A stretch of DNA of 23,582 nucleotides from Bacteriovoracaceae bacterium (GTDB taxonomy: Bacteria > Bdellovibrionota > Bacteriovoracia > Bacteriovoracales > Bacteriovoracaceae), in contig JBMYPC010000041.1 in NCBI GenBank assembly GCA_049599895.1, positions 1 through 23,582 on the forward strand, written 5' to 3'. The translations under genes and the position numbers were made by a program. Below, one piece after another: positions 1-8,078 of the stretch (position 1 is its first letter; every line of letters starts with the position of its first letter). The notes under the pieces are model-generated. The model did not search any database. It worked only from the letters and a program-made list of their open reading frames with translations, and was not told where the DNA came from.

Positions 1-39
1 TATCTCACTCTTGAAGGTGCAGTGGTTTCACCTGAATAA
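1..39 (+). CDS. Possible 3' end of a gene entering the window (YLTLEGAVVSPE*)
   Basis: Open frame from position 1 to TAA at 37-39, immediately before a bidirectional terminator; too short to identify. Confidence 0.35.
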   Translation, partial: YLTLEGAVVSPE

Positions 40-70
40 AAAAAAGGGCCAACATTGTGGCCCTTTTCTT
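38..70. terminator. Bidirectional intrinsic terminator downstream of rplT
   Basis: Stem AAAAGGGCCA (42-51) / TGGCCCTTTT (58-67); A-tract on the left gives a U-tail on the minus strand, T-rich on the right. Confidence 0.85.
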
Positions 71-91
71 ATAAAAAATTTTGATTGAATC

Positions 92-439
92 TTATTTTGC
101 AGCGGCTTCTTGAATTGCTTTGAAGCTATTGAAATCTGTTGCTGCGATCTCAGAAAGCATCTTTCTGTTAAGCTTTACATCACTCTTTTTAAGAGTATCC
201 ATAAACTTTGAATAAGATGTTCCAAGAGTTTTAGCACCAGCAGAGATTCTTTGAATCCAAAGTCTTCTCATGTTTCTCTTAAGAAGTTTTCTTCCAATAT
301 ATGAATAGTGAAGTGCTCTTACAACAGTTTGAACTGTGTGACGGTATTTTGTTCTTCTATCGAAGTGGTAACCTTTCGCTAATTTAAAAATTTTGTTTCT
401 TCTTCTTCTGGCCTTAAATCCTCTACGTGCTCTTGCCAT
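92..439 (-). CDS. rplT: 50S ribosomal protein L20
   Basis: KLAKGY, KRNMRRLWIQRI and LNRKMLSEIA motifs; downstream of rpmI; AGGAG SD at 447-451. Confidence 0.97.
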   Translation of the reverse strand: MARARRGFKARRRRNKIFKLAKGYHFDRRTKYRHTVQTVVRALHYSYIGRKLLKRNMRRLWIQRISAGAKTLGTSYSKFMDTLKKSDVKLNRKMLSEIAATDFNSFKAIQEAAAK

Positions 440-453
440 GTCTCAACTCCTTG

Positions 454-505
454 GGCCTAACTGAAGGGGAAGCTTTTCGCTTTCTTTGTATTCCCTTAAT
501 TGACC
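454..505 (-). promoter_or_regulatory. Candidate structured leader between rpmI and rplT
   Basis: On the mRNA GGUC-AAUU-AAGGG can pair with CCCUU-C-AGUU-A-GGCC, with an inner AAGC/GCUU hairpin; ends just before the rplT SD. Confidence 0.4.
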
Positions 506-538
506 TATTAACTATTAATAACTTTCTATAAAATCAAA

Positions 539-739
539 TTAAAGTGCGTAAGGAAGCATTCTTTTCACTCTTCCCTCATCACTTTGGTGAACATAATCTG
601 TTTTCCCATTTCTCTTTTTAGCGTCATGGGGCTTCTTCTCAAGAATATGTCTTAAATTTGCTCTTTTTCTCTTAAATTTACCTGTTGCTGTTGCCTTAAA
701 TCTTTTCGCTGCAGCTCTTCTCGTTCTCATCTTAGGCAT
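539..739 (-). CDS. rpmI: 50S ribosomal protein L35
   Basis: MPKMRT..AAKRFK.T.TGKFKR..A..RHIL signature; infC-rpmI-rplT order. Confidence 0.97.
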   Translation of the reverse strand: MPKMRTRRAAAKRFKATATGKFKRKRANLRHILEKKPHDAKKRNGKTDYVHQSDEGRVKRMLPYAL

Positions 740-871
740 TTTTCTTCTCCAAATTCACAATGATGCTCATAGCTTTTGGCTTTCTGGCATACATTGAACT
801 AAATTCTAGGGTGCATTGATATCAAAAGGTCCTTAAAAAATCTAGTAAGTTATCCACTAAAAATGTGATTT

Positions 872-1492
872 TTAAGGATTTTCGGTCTCCAACTCCTCAG
901 CTTTGGGCTTTTCTTCCCTTGGCTCAAGACTTTTAAGACGTTTGATCTCTTTTTTATCCGGTGCAACAATCGCAATAACCCGGTTTCCCATGGCCTTTGC
1001 TTCACTTTCAACTGTCGCTCCTAAACGGACAACATCCTCAATAATACTCTTAAACTTCTCAATTCCAGCTTCTTTATAGGCCATTTCACGTCCTCGAAAC
1101 TGCATTACCATCTTGACCTTGTCTCCTTGCCAGAGAAACTTCTTTCCCCTTTTAAGCTTGGTTTCAAGATCATGGGCCTCAATATTTGGTCTAAACTGGA
1201 TTTCTTTTAGCTGGGCAGTTGTCTGCTTTTTCTTGGCTTCATTGGCCTTCTTTTGCAGATCATACTTATACTTCCCGTAATCAATAAGCTTTACCACAGG
1301 TGGTTTAGCATTCGGGGAAACCTCTACAAGATCAAGTCCCGTCTCATCTCTGTGCCTCATGGCCTCTTCAATAGAGACAACTCCGACAAGATCTCCGTTT
1401 TCACGAATTAAACGACATTCAGGAACTTTAATTTGATGATTTGTTCTTGGCCCTTGGGGCTTTCTTCCTCTGTGACCTCTTCTGTCTTTTAT
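872..1492 (-). CDS. infC: Translation initiation factor IF-3, probable non-canonical ATA start
   Basis: LDLVEVSPNAKPPVVKLIDYGKYKY, KEIQFRPNI and FRGRE motifs. GGGAGG SD (1499-1504) abuts the TTG at 1498 but is 6 nt from the in-frame ATA at 1492. Confidence 0.95.
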   Translation of the reverse strand: MKDRRGHRGRKPQGPRTNHQIKVPECRLIRENGDLVGVVSIEEAMRHRDETGLDLVEVSPNAKPPVVKLIDYGKYKYDLQKKANEAKKKQTTAQLKEIQFRPNIEAHDLETKLKRGKKFLWQGDKVKMVMQFRGREMAYKEAGIEKFKSIIEDVVRLGATVESEAKAMGNRVIAIVAPDKKEIKRLKSLEPREEKPKAEELETENP

Positions 1493-1533
1493 GACCAACC
1501 TCCCAATTGCGAAGCTTTGTAGCCTGCATGGTT

Positions 1534-1539
1534 ATTATA
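1534..1539 (-). promoter_or_regulatory. Candidate sigma70 -10 box for the infC operon
   Basis: Perfect TATAAT on the minus strand about 40 nt upstream of infC; the best -35 (TTGAAC) is at a suboptimal 19-nt spacing. Confidence 0.4.
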
Positions 1540-1639
1540 AAGCTTAAAAACTCTCTAAGTTCAAATTGTTAACACAATTGACGCCTATTTGAAAATCCTA
1601 TTGAAATAACGAATTGAAAAACAAAGCCAATGCATCGCG

Positions 1640-2017
1640 TCAACAGATTTCGAGCCTCTCCAAAAACAGTCTCAAAGCCTCTTTTTCCTCAATTTTAGGA
1701 AAAATTCTATAAATCTCATTATCTTTGAGTCTTTCAAGGGAATCAAACATTTTGTTTTCATCAAAAATCATAGACTCTTTAACGCTAAACTTAGAACCTT
1801 TAAGATCTTTGAGGTTCATTAAGCTCGTAGGATCCGAAACGAAGCCCGTTATGAATCGGCCAATCCCTTTTTCGGGGCAGACAAGAATATCATCTGACGT
1901 GAGGTTTAATTGCGGTCGGCTTTTAATGAACTCATCAAGCTGATTAAGAACTGATCGAAAACCATTTTGTTCCAGCCTATGCCAAAGAATACGAACGTTA
2001 CCTAAATCGTGAATCAT
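1640..2017 (-). CDS. Hypothetical protein (125 aa)
   Basis: ATGA overlap with the stop of the upstream acyltransferase suggests translational coupling; no recognised motif. Confidence 0.7.
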   Translation of the reverse strand: MIHDLGNVRILWHRLEQNGFRSVLNQLDEFIKSRPQLNLTSDDILVCPEKGIGRFITGFVSDPTSLMNLKDLKGSKFSVKESMIFDENKMFDSLERLKDNEIYRIFPKIEEKEALRLFLERLEIC

Positions 2018-3777
2018 ACTGACTGAATATTAAAGGAAAGACTGTCTTTAATCTGCTCTTCATAAACAGAAATAAGTTTTTCAAACTTTTCAAGATCAAC
2101 AATACGATAAAGGCCATCCACATTTTCTAATTGGTTTAAATTCACAAAATGCTTTGCCGATGAACGAATCATAGGAATTGAGAATGCTTCAGGATAACGA
2201 ATTTTCCCTAAGGCCTTCTCGTTCTCAAAAACCTCGCGACAAGTCTTGATAATGGCTTCGATCTTAAAGCCTTTTGGGCTCAATTCAAATACTGTTTTAA
2301 GAGATAAAGAAGTTATATAATAAGATTCTGTAATAAAATTAAAAGCTCTCGAGAAATAACTGATCTTTTTAGCAATTAAATAAAGATCTCGATGAGACAT
2401 ATCTAAACATTCTTCAAGAGTTTGAACCTGTCTATTTACTGACTTGGAGATAACTTCCGTTGCTTGTTGGAACATATCTTTCACTGTAGGAAGATAAAAT
2501 TCATGTTTTAACATATCTCTTTGGCCAACAAAGAATTCTTTAAGATCAGAAACGGTGCTAATCTTCCCTTTAAAGATTCGAATCCAAGCGGAGTTAATAA
2601 TTCCGGCAACAATAAAGTGATGAAGGATCGTATTCTTAAAATAAAGAAGCTCGGCTCTCGCATCAGATTTGATTGTGTAGAACACATGTCCTTGTGAACC
2701 TTTGCCAATCACTTCAACCTTTTTATTTCCAATGAGAATATCAATGGTTCTTTCAAGTGATTCTTTAAAGTTTTGCTCATCAAGACTTTGAGTAAACGGA
2801 ATATTAAACTCTTGGCAAAAGTTTCTAATTCCTCGGGCTTTAGCAAGGATATCATCCCACTTAAGTGCTCCTGTAGGCTCATCAAGAAGAACCAACGCAA
2901 GAAGAGATGTGGGTGTTACCATCATATTCTTTCCGACTTCACGAAAGCATTCAAAAGCGAGGTTTTGCAGTCTTCGCTTTTGATCAACAACGCTAAAATC
3001 AGGCTTTACACCGTTACCAATTTGGATATGAATATTTCCGAATTGATAGGAAAAGAGCTTCACTAAGCCAAAAAGCTGACCTGTCGATTCTTTAGATTTC
3101 TTCGCTCCTTTAAGTTCACTCACAAGTGAGCGCTGTTCGGGAACATTTTCATGAGCAACAGAAACTGGGAGAAAGATAAGCTCTTTTTCAAAACCATCTT
3201 CTTTTAATTGGGAGTAAGCTTCAAGCAGCATTTGGTAAAGCCCAAACCTTGGAGAAAGAAGTCTTCCAGTTCTTGAACGACCGCCCTCGAAGAAAAACTC
3301 AATAGGTTTTCCCGTGCTTAAGAGATAATAAAGATAGGCTTCAAGTGTAAGCTTGTACAAAATATCGTTTTGAAAACTTCTTCTTATGAAAAAGCATCCC
3401 GACTTTCGAAACATTTTTCCGATTGGGAAAATGTTAAGATTGTTTCCGCCAGCAACATAAAGTGGCATTTTATATTTTTTATAAACCATATAACCGATGG
3501 CCACATAGTCGGCATGAGACTGATGATTAGGGACTAAAACAACCGCATTGTCTTTGGCATATTCTTTAAGATTAATCCCGTTCTCATTAAAATTAAAACC
3601 ATCATAAAGTCTTGGTAGAGTTGAATCGAGAAAACGAGAAAGTGTTTTAATATAACTTTCAGAATATTCAGCGCGAATTTCCATCAGATGTTTAAGAACT
3701 TTTTTCTCGTCTTCTTTCGAGCGAATGCGATCTTTTAACTTCTTATACGAAAGAACAATTTCTTGTTGTTTTGTCAT
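2014..3777 (-). CDS. plsB: Glycerol-3-phosphate acyltransferase, PlsB/GPAT-like
   Basis: HX4D motif (PNHQSHADY), FFIRR and FFEGGRSRTG blocks; shorter than E. coli PlsB at the N-terminus. Confidence 0.85.
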   Translation of the reverse strand: MTKQQEIVLSYKKLKDRIRSKEDEKKVLKHLMEIRAEYSESYIKTLSRFLDSTLPRLYDGFNFNENGINLKEYAKDNAVVLVPNHQSHADYVAIGYMVYKKYKMPLYVAGGNNLNIFPIGKMFRKSGCFFIRRSFQNDILYKLTLEAYLYYLLSTGKPIEFFFEGGRSRTGRLLSPRFGLYQMLLEAYSQLKEDGFEKELIFLPVSVAHENVPEQRSLVSELKGAKKSKESTGQLFGLVKLFSYQFGNIHIQIGNGVKPDFSVVDQKRRLQNLAFECFREVGKNMMVTPTSLLALVLLDEPTGALKWDDILAKARGIRNFCQEFNIPFTQSLDEQNFKESLERTIDILIGNKKVEVIGKGSQGHVFYTIKSDARAELLYFKNTILHHFIVAGIINSAWIRIFKGKISTVSDLKEFFVGQRDMLKHEFYLPTVKDMFQQATEVISKSVNRQVQTLEECLDMSHRDLYLIAKKISYFSRAFNFITESYYITSLSLKTVFELSPKGFKIEAIIKTCREVFENEKALGKIRYPEAFSIPMIRSSAKHFVNLNQLENVDGLYRIVDLEKFEKLISVYEEQIKDSLSFNIQSV

Positions 3778-3809
3778 ATCCTATCCTTAGTGGGAATAGA
3801 ATATCAGAC

Positions 3810-4874
3810 TTAAGAAGAAAGGCCATGGGGTTTAGATTCACTCATCCCCGAAGCGCTCATCTCCATAAACTGAGCCGATTGCTTCATCTCTGATATTCGC
3901 TCAACACCAAGGTATGTCATTCCTGAGCGAAGCCCTCCTGTCAACTCCTCGATAACATTTTCAACACTCCCCTTACATGGGATGAGCGTATCAACACCTT
4001 CTGCGGCCATTCCTTTAGGAAGCTCTCCTCGCCAAGAAACTTGAGCAGCTTTTGAGGCCATTCCTCGGTATTGTTTCTTGCCGCCTTTAATTTCACCTGG
4101 AGTTTCTAGAGTTCCAGAGACCAACGAGCCCACCATAATGGAATGTGCCCCAGCAGAAAATGCCTTCACCACATCTCCAGAAGTCTTAATCCCACCGTCG
4201 GCAATAAGAGGAATATCAAGTTTTGTCGCTTCTTCAGCACAAAGGGCAATGGCCGTAAGTTGAGGAACTCCATGACCGGTAATGATACGAGTGGTACACA
4301 TTGAACCTGGCCCAATCCCAACCTTGATGGCATCGGCACCTGCGGCAGCAAGCCTTGCAACAGCATCTGGTGTCGCAACATTCCCGGCAATCACATCTAC
4401 ACCTGGCCAGTTGTCTTTAACGTATTTCAGAGTTTCCATCATCATAATCGAATCTCCGTGGGCAATATCAAGAGTAATGATTTGCACGCCGGCTTCCACA
4501 AGATGCTTCGCTCTCTCTCGTCCCTCTTCTTTAACGCCTATACTTGCAGCAATGGGAGTTGAAAGAGAGTTCTCGTCTTGGAACTTTCGAACTTTTTCGA
4601 TTTCTTTACACTGTTCTTCTACTGAAAGAAAACGATGAATACTTCCAAGCCCTCCTAATTTCGCCATAGCGCAGGCCATTTCCGCTTCAGTGATCGTATC
4701 CATGTTGGCCGTAACAATAGGAACATCGATTTCGTAATTTTTTGTCACACGGCTTCTGAGAATAGGAATCTTTCGAGAAGAAATCTCTGAATATTGAGGA
4801 ATCAAAAGAACATCGTCAAAAGTAAGACCTCGGTCTCTTTTAATAATATCTGATGACTTGAAAATTAATGACAC
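3810..4874 (-). CDS. IMP dehydrogenase/GMP reductase family protein without CBS domains, probably GMP reductase
   Basis: [30 protein letters not shown] and IADGGI motifs; GTG start at 4874, 5 nt from AGGAG (4880-4884); flap lacks the IMPDH Arg-Tyr dyad. Confidence 0.9.
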   Translation of the reverse strand: MSLIFKSSDIIKRDRGLTFDDVLLIPQYSEISSRKIPILRSRVTKNYEIDVPIVTANMDTITEAEMACAMAKLGGLGSIHRFLSVEEQCKEIEKVRKFQDENSLSTPIAASIGVKEEGRERAKHLVEAGVQIITLDIAHGDSIMMMETLKYVKDNWPGVDVIAGNVATPDAVARLAAAGADAIKVGIGPGSMCTTRIITGHGVPQLTAIALCAEEATKLDIPLIADGGIKTSGDVVKAFSAGAHSIMVGSLVSGTLETPGEIKGGKKQYRGMASKAAQVSWRGELPKGMAAEGVDTLIPCKGSVENVIEELTGGLRSGMTYLGVERISEMKQSAQFMEMSASGMSESKPHGLSS

Positions 4875-4964
4875 GCTGACTCCTTTATTGCAGACAAATA
4901 AAATACGAAACATTCAATTCAAACAATTTTGAGCTAATGAATCAAGTATGAATCTTAGGAAACT

Positions 4965-4982
4965 AAAGCCTTGAGAGGCTTT
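4965..4982 (-). terminator. Weak hairpin or terminator after the small membrane protein gene
   Basis: AAAGCCT-TGAG-AGGCTTT 7-bp stem just downstream of the stop at 4991. Confidence 0.4.
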
Positions 4983-4990
4983 TCACTGCG

Positions 4991-5296
4991 TTAATCAATA
5001 AACTTCGCAAAATAAATAGGAATGATGATGTACAGAATGGTGTCGCGGATTAAATAGAACAAAAAGAAATAGATAAAAGCCTTAGGGCCTTTATTCCAAA
5101 CCTTCTCTAGACCGAGAACTTGGACCTTTTTGGACATGGCAATCATAAAGCGAGTTTTGCCATAGTTCTTTATGAAAAATGAAATGGCACCGTCGACTTT
5201 TCGATCAAATCTCTTGAATGGCCCAATAATGAGCTTGTTCACAATTCGATTGTCTCGCAGTCGCGCTAAAAAACCTGACTCTTTTATTTTTATCAT
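4991..5296 (-). CDS. Small basic protein with a hydrophobic C-terminal membrane segment; start uncertain
   Basis: C-terminus KAFIYFFLFYLIRDTILYIIIPIYF; divergent from hemA; ATG at 5296 preferred over TTG at 5353. Confidence 0.7.
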   Translation of the reverse strand: MIKIKESGFLARLRDNRIVNKLIIGPFKRFDRKVDGAISFFIKNYGKTRFMIAMSKKVQVLGLEKVWNKGPKAFIYFFLFYLIRDTILYIIIPIYFAKFID

Positions 5297-5413
5297 CAGC
5301 GCCAGCATAATATAAAAGCAGTAGAATTGCCTAGAGAAACCGAGGTTTTGCAAAGAAAATACAAACTCAACATGTTGATATTACAGGGTTTAGATTTCGA
5401 AATATTGGACTTT

Positions 5414-5429
5414 CTACAAAACTGTGACA
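5414..5429 (+). promoter_or_regulatory. Candidate OmpR/PhoB-type direct-repeat operator (HemR-box-like)
   Basis: CTACA-aaactg-TGACA with 11-bp periodicity, 76 nt upstream of the hemA start. Confidence 0.4.
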
Positions 5430-5505
5430 TAAAAGTGCTTGTTATTAGGTAACTTAAGTCACGGTTAAAGAGTTTGCACACATCAAAGAGACCATTGAAG
5501 AAGGT

Positions 5506-6501
5506 ATGAATAACTTTTTCTGCATAAATATTCCCAAATCTTCACTTGAGACGAAGTCCTCAGGAACCGGTGTCGATGTTGAATCAATTAAGTCTCAGTC
5601 TTCAAAGTCTGGATATTTCTTTCTTGAAACCTGTCAAAGAATTCTCATCACTGGTCTTTCTGATGAGCCCTCTTCAAATGTTATTGAACAGTTCAACACT
5701 CTAGACTCAGTTGAGTTTTATCGTGATAGTGGTGCTTATCGCTATCTTCTTGAAACCATCTGTGGACTTAAGAGTCGCCTACTCGGTGAAACAGAAATTG
5801 TCAGTCAGTTTAAAGAAGGTTTTGAACAATATCTTCAAATAGAGAATCGTTCCACGATGCTCATCAAAATCTTTCATAAAATCTTTTCCGACTCTAAAAA
5901 GATTCGTCATGAATACTTAAGACAAATTGGGCTTCTCTCTTATTGTGGTCTAACTAAAGCCTTACTAAAAAATGCCAATCATGAAAATAATCAGATTGCT
6001 CTTCTTGGTTCTGGAAAGCTCGCCCAAGACTTTCTTAAAGTTCTAAGCAAAAACTACACAATTTCTCTTTATGCTCGAAACCCACAAAAGCTTGAAGATC
6101 TCGCGGGACTGTTCCCTAGCGTTCAGATCGTGCAAGCAGATTCTTTTGATGGAACCGTCATTAAAGAAAATACTGTTATCAATACAATTCCTTTTGGAGA
6201 AACTCTCTTTGACCAGAGCTTTCTTACAAACTCAGGACAATGTGATTGCCCTACAAAAACCTTTGTTGTCGATCTCAGTGCCCCAAGCTCAATATGCCAA
6301 ACGGCCAAATCCACATTTACTAATGTGTACGACCTTAACGACCTCTTTAACCTCTCAAAACAACTTGAGAAAACCCAGCACCAAAAAATTCATAGCGCTT
6401 TAGAAATCATTTCAAAAATGGCATCGGAAAGACTCGTTTATTTTAAGGAGCAAAAGCCGAAACTTTTTCAAAACGTTCAAAGAGAGTTTGCCCTTGTCTA
6501 G
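5506..6501 (+). CDS. hemA: Glutamyl-tRNA reductase (short form)
   Basis: Catalytic ETCQR (canonical TCNR), CGLKSRLLGETEIVSQ, NADPH-binding LLGSGK; first gene of the hem cluster. Confidence 0.9.
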   Translation: MNNFFCINIPKSSLETKSSGTGVDVESIKSQSSKSGYFFLETCQRILITGLSDEPSSNVIEQFNTLDSVEFYRDSGAYRYLLETICGLKSRLLGETEIVSQFKEGFEQYLQIENRSTMLIKIFHKIFSDSKKIRHEYLRQIGLLSYCGLTKALLKNANHENNQIALLGSGKLAQDFLKVLSKNYTISLYARNPQKLEDLAGLFPSVQIVQADSFDGTVIKENTVINTIPFGETLFDQSFLTNSGQCDCPTKTFVVDLSAPSSICQTAKSTFTNVYDLNDLFNLSKQLEKTQHQKIHSALEIISKMASERLVYFKEQKPKLFQNVQREFALV

Positions 6502-8032
6502 ACCATGGGTCCTCGGCACTAGAGGTTCACTTCTTGCAAAAACTCAATCGTTCCAAGTTGCCCTAGAACTTGAAAAGATTTCTGGTAAAAAAATTGAATT
6601 TGAATTTATCAAAACGAAGGGTGATCAAATCGTCGATAAACCTCTGTGGCAAATCGATGGGAAAGACTTCTTCACCCGTGAACTGGATGAAGCCCTTTTA
6701 AATGGCAAGGTGGACTTTGTGGTTCACTCTTATAAAGACTTAGGCTCAGATCGCCCTGAAGGAATTCAGCTTGGCGCTATTACACAAAGATTTTTCCCTG
6801 AAGATATTCTTCTCATTAGAAAAGAAGTTCTTAGTGAAAAACCTAAAAAGCTCACTATTGGAACCAGCTCACCACGAAGACAGGTGAATATTAAATCAAG
6901 CTTAAAAGACTTTATTCCCTGGGATGTTGAAGAGGTTGAACTTTCAAATCTTCGAGGAAATGTGAACACTCGGATTCAAAAGCTCCATGACGTTAATGAA
7001 TGGGGCTATGATGCGATTGTCTTAGCACTCGCCGGTCTTGAAAGACTTGCTTTACTAGATGACAACCAAGAAGTTCTCAAAGAATTATTTCATGATCTTG
7101 ATTTTATGATCATGCCTATTGATGAATTTCCGACTGCTGCTGCTCAAGGGGCTTTAGCAATTGAGATAGGTCCAGAAACACCAAAAGACTTAATTGAAAC
7201 GATAAAAAAACTGAATCATTCAGAAACTCAAAGCTGTGTTGATTACGAGAAAAAGAAATTTGCTTCTTTTGGTGGTGGTTGTCACCTCGCGGTAGGAATG
7301 ACGAGACAAATCGTTAATCAAAACTCTATTGAAGTTGTGAAGGGTGAGCATAAAGAAGAGTCAATTTTTGAAACTTCGGTTAATCAAAGTGCCCAAAAAC
7401 AAAACGACTTTCCATCAGTGTTTTTAGGTTTTACCGACCTTGATCTTAAGACCAATGAAAAAGAAATCATCCTTGATGAACTTGTTTCAAAAAAGCCACT
7501 GACTTTTGATCTTAAGGCCTCTGACTGCCTTGTGGTCACATCAAAGCATTGCTTTCACCTTGAAAAACAATTTAACAGTAAGTCTACTTGGGTTTCAGGA
7601 AATAAATCTTGGAAAAGGCTCTCTCATTTAGGACATTGGGTTAATGGCCAGTCTCCCCTTCTTACCGGGCGAAAAGGTCTTTGGAATTACTTTCATTCAA
7701 AGGCAATTCAACTTCTTATTGGAGCTGAAAATCAAATCATCCCTTCAGTTTTGACCGCAAAGGGAGTGGAAAATAACACTGAACACAAAGAGGAACTCAT
7801 TTCTTGTTATGAAAGAGTCGTTTCTGAAGATATTTCCGCTGAATTTAGGGCCAAAATTCTTAAAACTGAAGCCTTTTTCTGGACGAGTTACGCACAATTT
7901 CAACTCTATGTTAAAAAATTTCCTGAAATTCGAGAAAAATCTCACTTTGCAGCTCCTGGTCGAACCCTTGAACAATTAGAATCTCAAAATATTTCAGTAA
8001 AACCCATTCTAAATTGGGAATCCCTATTATAA
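6488..8032 (+). CDS. hemC: Hydroxymethylbilane synthase with a C-terminal HemD-like (uroporphyrinogen-III synthase) domain
   Basis: GTRGSLLA, HSYKD, GTSSPRR, LRGNVNTRI and GGGCH (cofactor Cys); about 200 extra C-terminal residues with HemD-like pattern (VVTS, SG.KS..RL..LG, CYER, FFWTS, APG.T...L). Confidence 0.9.
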   Translation: MPLSRPWVLGTRGSLLAKTQSFQVALELEKISGKKIEFEFIKTKGDQIVDKPLWQIDGKDFFTRELDEALLNGKVDFVVHSYKDLGSDRPEGIQLGAITQRFFPEDILLIRKEVLSEKPKKLTIGTSSPRRQVNIKSSLKDFIPWDVEEVELSNLRGNVNTRIQKLHDVNEWGYDAIVLALAGLERLALLDDNQEVLKELFHDLDFMIMPIDEFPTAAAQGALAIEIGPETPKDLIETIKKLNHSETQSCVDYEKKKFASFGGGCHLAVGMTRQIVNQNSIEVVKGEHKEESIFETSVNQSAQKQNDFPSVFLGFTDLDLKTNEKEIILDELVSKKPLTFDLKASDCLVVTSKHCFHLEKQFNSKSTWVSGNKSWKRLSHLGHWVNGQSPLLTGRKGLWNYFHSKAIQLLIGAENQIIPSVLTAKGVENNTEHKEELISCYERVVSEDISAEFRAKILKTEAFFWTSYAQFQLYVKKFPEIREKSHFAAPGRTLEQLESQNISVKPILNWESLL

Positions 8033-8078
8033 TCTAAAGCCCTAGAAATCTTACAAACCTCATTATGCGAGTTGAATT

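Noticed and set aside
850..858. TTATCCACT resembling a DnaA box
   Set aside because: A single site with one mismatch; no cluster and no origin context.
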